A model generated the notes under the pieces. The model had not been told where the DNA came from. It saw nothing but the letters and a program-made list of their open reading frames with translations, and searched no databases. 64,000 bases of DNA, taken from sequence record DRR723986_2433. One strand, 5' to 3'. Numbering within the stretch: the first letter of the stretch is position 1; each line of letters begins with the position of its first letter. The translations under genes were made by a program, and so were the position numbers. This document shows, piece after piece, positions 30,301 to 38,937 of this stretch.

Positions 30301-32694
30301 AACGGCTCGCTTACCGTAAACAGTGGCCGCGTGCGCCTGGAGGGCAAGAACCTGTCCACCGTAGACGGTACCCTGAATGTGAACGGTGCAAATTCCACCT
30401 TGGCCTTGTCCGGCAATTTCACTTCTGCAGATTTGTACGATGTAAACCGCAGCAATGGCGGTCGCCTTGCAGCCGAGGGCGTTTGGGACAACAGTCTGGT
30501 TAACGCCGGCAACGCTGCAACTTCAGCGCCGCTGAGCAAAGGGAATATTTTGGTTGGCGATGATTTGGTGGTCACCGGTGGTTTACTGACCAGTGCTGGC
30601 ACCAGCAATTCAATCAATATTGCGCCGGACAGTTTTCTGGAGTTGCGTAACACCGAGGTAAGCACAACCATCAATGTATCGCCAACCGGCGTGGTCTTGT
30701 TGGCCACCCAAGATGGAAATGGCGCACCAGTCACGCCCGCTGTATTGAGTGGAGCCACGATCAATATGGGCGGCGATGCATTCCTGATTGTGGAAACAGA
30801 TGCTCAGGGTGTGGCCAATTTGAATGGCACCGCAACCATCAGTTCAGGTGCACAAGGTAACTTGATTATTGCGGGCCGACGAGCGTATGACCCAATGGCC
30901 ACGGATTCGATTCCAGATTCAATGACCCTGAATGTTGGCAGCGGTATTCGTTTGAATGTCACGGGCAATGCCGCCAGTTTGCCCCCGGCTTTGCAGCTGT
31001 TTTATGGTGCGTCGACGCCGCCAGCGCGCCCTGTGTTCCTGGTAGGCCAACTGACACCCGAAGCCGTTGCTTTGGCAGAGTATGAGGATTTTGACGGTTT
31101 CTCCACGCCCGTCACCACTGTGTTGAGCGGATTTGCCAATCCGTCTTTTGTGATTGATGGCAACCCCGACCCTTTGTCCGATGGCTTGAGCTGTTCAGTG
31201 TCTGATTTCTGTGTGAAATTCGATGTGGCACAAAACGTCAATTATGCTGGGATGGTCATGACTTCATTGGGTGCTCCCACACCCACATTGACCAACAGCG
31301 GCGTGGCATTTGCGCCTGGGGCGAATTTGACTGGCCTGCAGTATGCCTTTCAAAGTATTGATGAAATTCAATTCATGATGGGTTTGAATATCTTGACTGC
31401 TGCAGATATTCAAAGTGGCAGACGAATTGTCAATGGTGCTTCTTCCACGGTTCGTTTGGGTGCAAACCAATCCAATGAAACCATCAGCAACAACATTGAG
31501 AACAACGGTTTGCTTGAGCTTCAGGGGAATTACACATTCAGTGGATTGCTTTCTGGCACAGGCACTTTGAACAACAGTGGTGTTCTGGCCTTGAACAACA
31601 ACACGGGTAGTGTGATTCAAAACAACATCATCAACAGCGGCACCATTAATAATTCCGGCACCTACACACTGGCCAGTGTTGTGTCCGGTACGGGTTTGTT
31701 CAACAACACCGGCGCACTGAATATAACCGGGTCGGGCCTGTTTGGTAACAGCATTGTCAATGGTGGATCATCAGGTGTACTCGCATTTTCCGGTGGACCC
31801 ACTCAGGACATCTATTTTGGTGGTAATTTCCAGAACAGCTCGTCAGTCCTGTTCGATGGGGCTTTGTACACTTTTGATACAGGTTACAGTCAATCCGCAG
31901 GCAATCTCACTGTCCAGCCAGGCACTCAATTGGTGGGTAATATCAACATCAATGGTGGTGCCCTGCGTGGATTTGCAAATATCACGGGTAATTTGAATGC
32001 ACAGGGTGGTCGAATTGTGCCGGGCGCATCTCCCGGCTTGATGACCGTGAGTGGTGACTTGAACCTGGATGCGAACAGCATTGTCGACATTGAGATTGCA
32101 AGTAATGGAGGCGTGCAGGGTACCGATTTTGACTGCATCATTGTGCAAGGCAATGCCAACCTGGCGGGTCAATTGAATTTGATTGATATTTCAGGTGGTA
32201 CGCTGGTTGCAGGCAGTCAATACGCTTTCCTGGAGGCCAATACCATCAATGGAACGTTTGGCGGTATTGCCAGCTCTCCTGCGAGTTCAGCATACACATT
32301 CTCTTCACCAGTGATTGCGAACACCACGAATGGTCAGCAGTTGCCCATTCAGCAAATGAGTACTTCAACAGTGGCTGTAAGTTCACCGCCACCTGTCACA
32401 CCTCAGCCTACATCGCCCACAAGTCCAACCTCGTTGACACAGAGCACGGGTACGAATAGCACTGCGGTAGGTCAAAACCTCAATCAGGCATTTACACCCA
32501 CGTCGACCTCATCGACATCAACAACTTCGTCCGGCACCAGTGGCACGCAAAGTACCTCCACGCAGCAAGAGGAGCAAGCTGTCGAGGTGGCGAATCAAAA
32601 TACTGCCGGTACCACAATCTCTCAGCAGTCCAATGACATTGAGTTGAAGACCACACAAAGTGATCCTCAGCGGGCATCGGCGGTGTGCAAATGA
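27316..32694 (+). CDS. TpsA filamentous-haemagglutinin-family exoprotein (1792 aa)
   Basis: Signal peptide ending AYA, TPS domain (NWQQFNI, SNGQVFLINPAG), GGRVETSG/WLIDP, Asn/Gly beta-helix, S/T/P-rich tail ending AVCK. Confidence 0.9.
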   Translation: MKSNRLSSLGANTQFRRKAVALGVAMAIASSAYANPTGMSVVAGQATAQTMGNLMQITNTPGAILNWQQFNIDVGQTTQFIQQNAASQVFNRVTGGDVSQILGTLQSNGQVFLINPAGVFFGQGAVVDTAGFLASTLAASDTDLLNGHLRFNDSTGTAGNIVNQGSLTTHSGGSIVLLAPSIENSGIIHADGEVLLAAGHSVTIVDMKHPTIGLTVASKSGDKAVNLGQIISKNASLFSHLVKNSGVVEATSAQVGEGGVVRFIAQGDALVGGQVLAESTQGQGGEIDITGQRVAVLSGARISADGATGGGTVHVGGGWKGQDDSLANSQQTVVQANTHISANATVNGNGGEVVVWADGHTAVDSEVQAKGGALGGNGGRVETSGKQSLAVNVAANTSAAKGEAGQWLIDPANLTIVDQIPQGGFNLENSSQSPFFSTDDISSTFSPTESFLLNSTVVDGLENNGFVQIYTTGTQPGDGNLTIAAPVLIDQNNSQSTGINPELFLEAKGEINIDAAVGLMPGQQVFDGFDLFLSYDIAKPVYVDAPLYLGNSGNLILSPYDTGTALPTNTMGQLPLDGVNLLSGMNTGSSGPLALNRITVTSAVATDPMTQQSYIVSPEKTVKLNVLGANLQVNQLSLFGSEVTPATDIRVGVDNFELPTPIQGNLQYNSLDANSLTVEAGSTVSTFTLFDPELSFDLNPNTSLNRLISSGTVNFNGGFNDIVEIDTNAGTLNFSNSAGSSSSPFGFYQIGDIDAGTGSTINLVGSSLYYQKAILNGTFNMMSNEFGSSSFLSAIDTDLNGSFNFGPGFNNASFQALGMGANSRINLAAGSFLELGRAFNSSSSGPSVTPMVPEKQPGAYISSTQGQFVAQQGARIVMNGAATDDFIHSMPPLQTSESSSFSSGGAVVDITGLDGRLEAPVTIEVNGFLNSIQTSTENFDLNSEVSMSTPINTMVIQSANIQVNAGGDGRSLRIGEVQFSQPLNTDFQPVVDLDFNGSLTVNSGRVRLEGKNLSTVDGTLNVNGANSTLALSGNFTSADLYDVNRSNGGRLAAEGVWDNSLVNAGNAATSAPLSKGNILVGDDLVVTGGLLTSAGTSNSINIAPDSFLELRNTEVSTTINVSPTGVVLLATQDGNGAPVTPAVLSGATINMGGDAFLIVETDAQGVANLNGTATISSGAQGNLIIAGRRAYDPMATDSIPDSMTLNVGSGIRLNVTGNAASLPPALQLFYGASTPPARPVFLVGQLTPEAVALAEYEDFDGFSTPVTTVLSGFANPSFVIDGNPDPLSDGLSCSVSDFCVKFDVAQNVNYAGMVMTSLGAPTPTLTNSGVAFAPGANLTGLQYAFQSIDEIQFMMGLNILTAADIQSGRRIVNGASSTVRLGANQSNETISNNIENNGLLELQGNYTFSGLLSGTGTLNNSGVLALNNNTGSVIQNNIINSGTINNSGTYTLASVVSGTGLFNNTGALNITGSGLFGNSIVNGGSSGVLAFSGGPTQDIYFGGNFQNSSSVLFDGALYTFDTGYSQSAGNLTVQPGTQLVGNININGGALRGFANITGNLNAQGGRIVPGASPGLMTVSGDLNLDANSIVDIEIASNGGVQGTDFDCIIVQGNANLAGQLNLIDISGGTLVAGSQYAFLEANTINGTFGGIASSPASSAYTFSSPVIANTTNGQQLPIQQMSTSTVAVSSPPPVTPQPTSPTSPTSLTQSTGTNSTAVGQNLNQAFTPTSTSSTSTTSSGTSGTQSTSTQQEEQAVEVANQNTAGTTISQQSNDIELKTTQSDPQRASAVCK
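31489..31765 (+). repeat. Degenerate ~42-44 aa beta-helical repeats inside TpsA
   Basis: NNIENNG...SGTGTLNNSG / NNIINSG...SGTGLFNNTG / NSIVNGG at about 130 bp spacing. Confidence 0.55.
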
Positions 32695-32705
32695 GGACCA
32701 ACAAC

Positions 32706-34163
32706 ATGCAGAAACTATTGGCCTTGGGATTTCTCGCTTTGAGCTTTGTTGGCTCCAATGCGGCGTTGGCTCAAAACATTCAACCGAAAGACCTTGCTGC
32801 CCCTGCTGGGGCTCAATCGGCCAGTCAGCCCGCCAAACAGGTGGTGGGTACTATCAAAGTAGTGACTGGCTTGGTCAATCTGCAAACTGCGGAAGGCAAG
32901 AACAAATTCGCCAGTGCGGGTACCAAGTTGAATGTGGGCGATGTCATCAACACCCAGGCAAAAAGCACTACGGTGCTGGAGTTTGTGGACACCACGCAGG
33001 TGGCGTTGCGGCCAAACACGCGCTTTGTGGTTGAAAACTATGAATATCAACCCGAGCAACCCATAGCCGACAAAGCCGAATTCAAACTGGTCAAAGGGGG
33101 GTTACGTACGTTGACAGGGTTGATTGGCAAACGTGGTAGTGCAGACGCTTTTTCAATGAAAAGCGAAACAGCCACCATTGGTATTCGGGGAACTGACTTC
33201 ACAGCCCGAATTTGCAAAGGCAATGAATGTACCCGCCTGGCCAAGGGCGAGTCTGACAAAGCCACAGCTACAAATACCTCCACTGCCGATGTGGCGGGGC
33301 GTATTTCCCAACTGACTGGCGAATTATTTGCTGTGTCGGTCGAGGGCAAGCGACGCGCTTTGCAAAAAGGTTCCGCGGTATTCGCTGGCGAAACGATCGA
33401 TGTGTCGGAGGGTGGGTTCGCTGTGCTCAGCATGGCCGACTCCACACGCCTCACTCTGCCAGGTGGCAGTTCCATGCAAGTGGCCGCCTATCGATACGCG
33501 CCAGCTTCACCACAAACCTCAGTGGCATCATTCAAGTTGTTGAAGGGCGCTGTACGTGCGGTAACCGGTGCCATCGCCAAAGCCGAACCCAACAACGTGA
33601 AGTTTTTTACTGAAACTGCGACGGTGGGTATTCGAGGCACAGCGATTGATATTTCGTGTACATCAGTGTCGGGTAGTTTGGTGGTGTGTTCGGGTGGAGC
33701 CAACCTGACGGTTGAACTGCGCAACGGGCAGATTATCGTCACATCAGGCAGTTTGAATTCAGTGATCAATGCAGGGCAATCGGCAGTGATTCCAGCGGGC
33801 AATTCGAACATTCAGGTCATCAACTCCCTGGCCAATGTGTTGGGTAATGTACCCAATGCCGGCCCACTGCCTGAGACAACACCTGCAAACTTTGAAACCC
33901 TGTCGTCTACGCCGGTTCAGTCATTGACGCAGGGCAGTGGTTCTTCAGAAGAGGGTTCGCAATTGTTTGTTGCTGTGAACGACGGCACCATCGTCATTAC
34001 CAACTCCAATCAGGCGCCGCTTGAGGTGAACCGAGGTGAGGGTGCTTTTGTGCAAACCCTGACTAATCTGCCTCCTCAATTGCTGACTGCGCCGCCCGAT
34101 GTCATTGTTCAAGACGTAACACTGTCCGCTCCACCGTTTTCGGCACCCCAATGTGCGCCCTGA
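32706..34163 (+). CDS. Secreted protein with two tandem FecR domains
   Basis: GAGGA RBS before ATG 32706; cleavable signal peptide (ALA); two copies of L-GD/E..D-T...LxKGxxRxxTGxIxK...TATIGIRGT. Confidence 0.85.
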   Translation: MQKLLALGFLALSFVGSNAALAQNIQPKDLAAPAGAQSASQPAKQVVGTIKVVTGLVNLQTAEGKNKFASAGTKLNVGDVINTQAKSTTVLEFVDTTQVALRPNTRFVVENYEYQPEQPIADKAEFKLVKGGLRTLTGLIGKRGSADAFSMKSETATIGIRGTDFTARICKGNECTRLAKGESDKATATNTSTADVAGRISQLTGELFAVSVEGKRRALQKGSAVFAGETIDVSEGGFAVLSMADSTRLTLPGGSSMQVAAYRYAPASPQTSVASFKLLKGAVRAVTGAIAKAEPNNVKFFTETATVGIRGTAIDISCTSVSGSLVVCSGGANLTVELRNGQIIVTSGSLNSVINAGQSAVIPAGNSNIQVINSLANVLGNVPNAGPLPETTPANFETLSSTPVQSLTQGSGSSEEGSQLFVAVNDGTIVITNSNQAPLEVNRGEGAFVQTLTNLPPQLLTAPPDVIVQDVTLSAPPFSAPQCAP

Positions 34164-34176
34164 TGGTGGTTGAGGC

Positions 34177-36441
34177 ATGAGCAAATTGATCAAGTCCTGG
34201 CGAAAAATTGCAGGCAAGGCGTTTCGCATCGGTGTGGGTTTTTCGTTCACGGCAGTCGCTTTGCTGCATGTGTTGGGCTTCGCACCCAGCGAAGTGGTGA
34301 AGCGTCTGGACTACTTGGTTTATGACGTGCGGCTGCGGGCCGAGGCACAATTGCCTGAGCTTGATCCTCGCATTGTGATTGTCGATATTGATGAACAAAG
34401 CCTGAGCGAGGTGGGGCGTTGGCCATGGTCTAGAGATGTAGTGGCCAAGCTGGTTGTGGAGCTAACCGATCGGCTAGGCGCCGCCGCGGTTGGTTTTGAC
34501 ATTGTGTTTGCCGAGCCTCAGCAAAGTGATGCGCTTTTGGCCCTGGATACCATTATTGAAAACAAGCCTGCTCTGGGTAGCCAGATTCGGGATTTGCGAA
34601 CCGGAATTCAAGCGCAGTTCGATCGAGACGCGCAGTTGGCCGAGGTTCTGGCTGACCGGCCTGTCGTGTTGGGGTACTACCTGAATCAGGATCCAACAGC
34701 GCTGTCTGGCGCCCTTCCGTCAGCATTGTTCAAGAGAAGCCAGTTGGGTGAGTTGACCCTCGACAGTACAAGCTGGCAGGGCTATGGCGGCAACATCCCT
34801 GTGCTGCAGAAAAATGCAGAGGGTGGCTATTTCAATCCGATTGTGGATGAGGACGGCACCGTTCGCTCCATTCCGCTGCTTGCTCAATTCAATGATGCTT
34901 ATTACCAAAGTTTTGCATTGGGCACACTGCGGCGGGCCTTGGGTAACCCACAGGTGATACCTGTGTTTCCAGAAGGCGTTCCCGATGATTATGGTGCGGT
35001 GGAGCTGATTGCACTGAGATCTCCGGAAGTTGAGTTGGACATTCCAGTTGAACGTGGCTTGTTAACCCGTGTTCATTTCCGGGCCAAGGGTGGTCCGAAT
35101 GCTGGCGGCTATCGCTATGTGTCTGCTGCCGATGTACTTGCCGGTACATTGAAGCCCGAGGACATTGAAGGTCGAATTGTATTGATCGGCACTACAGCGC
35201 CAGGCCTGCTTGATTTGCGAAGTACACCCGTGAACCCGGCCTACCCGGGGGTAGAAGTGCACGCCAATGTGATCAGTGGCATGCTCGACAGCATTTATAA
35301 ACTTCGGCCCGAGTATTCGCAGGGTTTGTTGTTCATTACCGTGCTTGCCGTGGGTTTCGTGTTGAGTGTGATGATGCCGATTCTGAGCGCCACCTGGTCG
35401 CTGTTGGTTGCACTGGCGGTGTTGGTGGCCAGCGTGGCAGTCAATTCCTTGCTGTATTTTCAGGCAGGCCTGGTATTGCCGGTGGCGGTGGTGTTGTTGC
35501 TGGTGCTTGCCATATTCATGTTCGATGTGGCTTATGGATATTTGGCGGAATCGCGCAGCAAGCGGCAAATGGTGGATTTGTTCGGGGAGTATGTAGCGCC
35601 AGAATTGGTCTCTGAAATGGCAGCTGACCCCAAGCGCTATTCCATGGAAGGTGAAAGCCGCGAACTCACAGTGTTGTTTTCGGATGTCCGTGGTTTCACC
35701 ACGATTTCAGAGTCACTCAAACCCAATGAACTGCGCGAGTACATCAATGAATATCTCACGGTGATGTCCGAGATTATTCGCTCCCACCGTGGCACGCTGG
35801 ACAAATACATTGGTGATGCCATCATGGCCTTTTGGGGGGCACCCATTGCCGATGCTGAACATGCTGAATTGGCCACCAAAGCGGCCATTGCCATGCAGGA
35901 AGAAGCTGTACGTTTGAATGAGCGGTTGTTGGCACGCAATTGGCCCACGCTGGCCATTGGTGTGGGTGTGAACACCGGGCAAATGCGCGTGGGCGACATG
36001 GGCTCAAAAATTCGACGTGCCTACACCGTGATGGGCGATGCGGTGAACCTCGGTTCTCGACTGGAAGGCATTACCAAAACTTATGGCGTGGGCGTAATTG
36101 TTGGACCACAAACCAAAGCGGCTGTGCCCGGCATGGTGTTTCAAGAGCTGGATGCGGTGAAGGTGAAGGGCAAGAACGAGCCTGTTTCAATTTATGCACC
36201 TTTGGGCGAGCACGCCACTTTGCCCGAAGCAAGCTTGAGCCAGTTGGAAAAATGGGATAAGTTTTTGGCTGCGTTTCGTGCCCAGAAATGGCAGTTGGCG
36301 CGTGAACTACTGGCTGGATTGCAGGGCAGTGTGGTGACGAATCCTGTTTTGCATACCCTGTACGAAAACCGTATCGCGTACTTTGAACTGAATCCCCCAC
36401 CTGAAAACTGGGATGGTGTCACCCAATTTGACACGAAGTAA
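34177..36441 (+). CDS. CHASE2-domain class III adenylate cyclase
   Basis: CHASE2 (IVDIDEQSL, GRWPWSR, FDIVFAEP, PGVEVHAN), three TM helices, cyclase LFSDVRGFT, DKYIGDAIMAFWG, YTVMGDAVNLGSRLEG. Confidence 0.92.
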   Translation: MSKLIKSWRKIAGKAFRIGVGFSFTAVALLHVLGFAPSEVVKRLDYLVYDVRLRAEAQLPELDPRIVIVDIDEQSLSEVGRWPWSRDVVAKLVVELTDRLGAAAVGFDIVFAEPQQSDALLALDTIIENKPALGSQIRDLRTGIQAQFDRDAQLAEVLADRPVVLGYYLNQDPTALSGALPSALFKRSQLGELTLDSTSWQGYGGNIPVLQKNAEGGYFNPIVDEDGTVRSIPLLAQFNDAYYQSFALGTLRRALGNPQVIPVFPEGVPDDYGAVELIALRSPEVELDIPVERGLLTRVHFRAKGGPNAGGYRYVSAADVLAGTLKPEDIEGRIVLIGTTAPGLLDLRSTPVNPAYPGVEVHANVISGMLDSIYKLRPEYSQGLLFITVLAVGFVLSVMMPILSATWSLLVALAVLVASVAVNSLLYFQAGLVLPVAVVLLLVLAIFMFDVAYGYLAESRSKRQMVDLFGEYVAPELVSEMAADPKRYSMEGESRELTVLFSDVRGFTTISESLKPNELREYINEYLTVMSEIIRSHRGTLDKYIGDAIMAFWGAPIADAEHAELATKAAIAMQEEAVRLNERLLARNWPTLAIGVGVNTGQMRVGDMGSKIRRAYTVMGDAVNLGSRLEGITKTYGVGVIVGPQTKAAVPGMVFQELDAVKVKGKNEPVSIYAPLGEHATLPEASLSQLEKWDKFLAAFRAQKWQLARELLAGLQGSVVTNPVLHTLYENRIAYFELNPPPENWDGVTQFDTK

Positions 36442-36471
36442 AACGAAGTGATTCAACCCAACTTAGTCGGA

Positions 36472-38934
36472 TTAGATCAGTTCGTTTTGCTGGTTCAAAT
36501 ACACCTCGGGTGAAATTCGGAATGCCGCGCCAGTAGGGCAGGCACGAACGCAAGCCGGGCCGCCATCTTTGCCGTGGCACAAGTCACACTTGTATGCCTT
36601 CTTGACGGAATTGGCGTCGTACTTTACCGGGCGTTCTCCCAGAGGGCCACCCGCGCCGAACAGCAGCCAAGACAGCAAACCGGTTTTTCTGGGAGGTGGT
36701 TTCACCCTCAATTCAATCGCATTGTAAGGGCAGTTTTTGGCACAGTTACCGCAACCAATGCAGGTGTCTGCAATCATGACTTCACCTTTTTCATTGCGGC
36801 GAATGGCATCCGGTGGGCAGTCTTTCATGCAGTGTGGCTGTTCACAGTGTCGACAGGAATGCGCCAGATGAATATTCTGAAAGGTGGGTCCAGCATCGCG
36901 ATCCAGGCGAGGTATTCCATCGTGAGTTTCTGCGCAGGCACGTTCACAATTGTCACAGTGCACGCACAGGTTTTCATCAATGACCAGGGCGTTGGTGGCA
37001 TCGCCCAAACCTTGTTTCATCAAAAAGTGAATTAAATCGCTTTCGCGTTTCGCAGTACTTTCCCGAAAAATGGCGTCGTGAACGCGTTTGCCAATTTTGG
37101 CCTGAAGAGCCTTTTTCCAATTGCTGTTTTTGCTCAACACATCGATGACCGCATCGGCTTGAATCAATAACACCTCGGTCAATACCGTGGCTGTGCATGT
37201 GGTCTGTCGATCTGTTCCATCCACGAGGTCTATTTCCCCGACATAGCTGCCTGCAGACACATAGGAAAGCACCGAGTCTTGGTCGTCAATCAACTTGGAC
37301 ACTGCAACGGATCCGCGCCGAATCAAATGCAAGCCGTCGGTTTTATCGCCTTCACTGAACAGTTTTTCACCTCGCACATAGCGGGTCACACTGATGCCTG
37401 ACGCAATCAGTTGTTCAATTTCATGCGCTTCAAGTTGCGGCGCAAGGTGTGTAGACAGAGCTCGACGTACGAACGTTTCATCAAGGGTTCGGCGCACCGC
37501 GTCTACTGAGGCGATCAGCTTCAGCATGGCCTTGCGGGGCGTTTCGATCAATACGCAGTTTTCACCTGCGTACACTGTCGCCGTGCGGCGTCGCCCGGAG
37601 ATCAGGCCCATCTCGCCAAAATAATTGCCTTTGTCGAGATTGAGAATGAAAGGTTTGCCGTCTTTGTTCACCAATTCAATGCCAACACCACCCTGCACGA
37701 TGGCAAAGAAAGTGCTGGTGTAGTCACCTTTGTGGAAAATGACTGAACCTTTCTTGGGTTGGTGAAGCGTTGATTCCAGCATGAATTCGCGCAGCTGAAG
37801 TCGGGTCATCTGGTTGAACAGTGGAACATTCTCCAGAATCATGTCCAGCACGGCCGAGACGGAAATATTTCCCAGGGGTTTGAACTTCTCAGCCAACAGT
37901 GGCTCGTCAGCGGGTACTACCGGCAAGCCCATGATGGAATCCACCACCTCATGGCCTTGGTTCATTGCTTGTTTGATCAAAGGATATCCGCCCAGCGCAC
38001 CGACGATGAACAGGCCGGGCACGTTGGATTCATAAGTTTCGCTAAGCGCAGGCACTGCGTTGGGATCGCTGTTGGGGAATGTCACCCCGAAGCTTTCAAC
38101 CAGGCCACGAGGCGGAGTCGCGCCCAAACGGGCAATAATTCGGTGCACAGGCATGGCCTGCTCACCTTCGGGGCCTTTGTAGCGGTAGTTGAGTGTGGGT
38201 TCTCCCTCCTTGGCCCCGGGTATCTCCTCGACTGCACTAGTGCTGGTGTTGTAGAAGATACGCAAATCTTCATTCCTGTCTGCTGCAAGAATCTGGTTCA
38301 GGTTGCCTTCTTTACAGCGGGCAAATTCATCTTTGCGGTTGATCAGCACCACCTTGTTGTTCTTCATCAAGGCCAGGGCGTTTTCAATGGCGGCATCACC
38401 CGCACCAATCACAATGATGATCTCATTGTTGAACTCATCGGGGTCAGCCAGGGTGTATTGAACATTGGGAAGGTCGTCACCAGCAGTTCCAATTTTTCGG
38501 ATATTGCCCTGTAAACCAATACCCAAAATCACCGTACGGGCGGTGGTTGTGGTTCCATCCTCGCAGGTCAGCTCGAACGGTCCGGCACCATTATTGAGTT
38601 TGCTGATCTTGCTGACTGTTTTCTTGTATTGAATATTGATTTTTTGATTAAGCAGCTGCGAATCCCAGGTGCCAAGAATACTTTCCCGCTTTCCAGCCTC
38701 AAATGACATGCCACTGCGAAGGGGCAGAAAGCTGGGCTCAGCCATCACATGCTTGCCTTTTTGGTACTTGTAAATTGTGTCCGATGCATGGCTTTCTGAT
38801 TCGAACAGCACGTACTTGCAACCCAGTTGCTGCGCGCGCGCCGCCGCAGACAAACCTGCCGGACCCGAGCCTACGATGGCGATATCCAGTTCAGCGGGCA
38901 CATCGGCAAACATGGGTTTGAGATTGTCTTGCAT
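36472..38934 (-). CDS. Fusion: TrxB/YpdA-like FAD/NAD(P)H oxidoreductase + two cNMP-binding domains + four-cluster [4Fe-4S] (DmsB/NrfC-like) domain
   Basis: GSGPAG and GAGDAA Rossmann motifs; FGEMGLISGRRRTATV and VGEIDLVDGTDRQTT; 16 Cys in CVHCDNCERAC, CRHCEQPHCMKDCP, CIGCGNCAKNCP, CDLC..CVRACP. Confidence 0.85.
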   Translation of the reverse strand: MQDNLKPMFADVPAELDIAIVGSGPAGLSAAARAQQLGCKYVLFESESHASDTIYKYQKGKHVMAEPSFLPLRSGMSFEAGKRESILGTWDSQLLNQKINIQYKKTVSKISKLNNGAGPFELTCEDGTTTTARTVILGIGLQGNIRKIGTAGDDLPNVQYTLADPDEFNNEIIIVIGAGDAAIENALALMKNNKVVLINRKDEFARCKEGNLNQILAADRNEDLRIFYNTSTSAVEEIPGAKEGEPTLNYRYKGPEGEQAMPVHRIIARLGATPPRGLVESFGVTFPNSDPNAVPALSETYESNVPGLFIVGALGGYPLIKQAMNQGHEVVDSIMGLPVVPADEPLLAEKFKPLGNISVSAVLDMILENVPLFNQMTRLQLREFMLESTLHQPKKGSVIFHKGDYTSTFFAIVQGGVGIELVNKDGKPFILNLDKGNYFGEMGLISGRRRTATVYAGENCVLIETPRKAMLKLIASVDAVRRTLDETFVRRALSTHLAPQLEAHEIEQLIASGISVTRYVRGEKLFSEGDKTDGLHLIRRGSVAVSKLIDDQDSVLSYVSAGSYVGEIDLVDGTDRQTTCTATVLTEVLLIQADAVIDVLSKNSNWKKALQAKIGKRVHDAIFRESTAKRESDLIHFLMKQGLGDATNALVIDENLCVHCDNCERACAETHDGIPRLDRDAGPTFQNIHLAHSCRHCEQPHCMKDCPPDAIRRNEKGEVMIADTCIGCGNCAKNCPYNAIELRVKPPPRKTGLLSWLLFGAGGPLGERPVKYDANSVKKAYKCDLCHGKDGGPACVRACPTGAAFRISPEVYLNQQNELI

Positions 38935-38937
38935 GGT

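Noticed and set aside
27316-32694. TpsA as a CdiA contact-dependent toxin
   Set aside because: No VENN/ELYN-type pre-toxin motif, the C-terminus is low-complexity, and the next gene is a secreted FecR rather than a small immunity gene
23093-36441. Locus as a canonical Pycsar or CBASS defence system
   Set aside because: The cyclase is a membrane CHASE2 class III enzyme with adenine-specifying residues and there is no CD-NTase; only a loose analogy remains
36442-36471. Terminator between the convergent cyclase and oxidoreductase genes
   Set aside because: No hairpin visible in the 30 bp gap
36570-36590. CDLCH in the flavo-Fe-S protein as a c-type heme site
   Set aside because: It is part of the fourth Cys group of a DmsB-like Fe-S domain in a protein with no signal peptide; not counted as a heme
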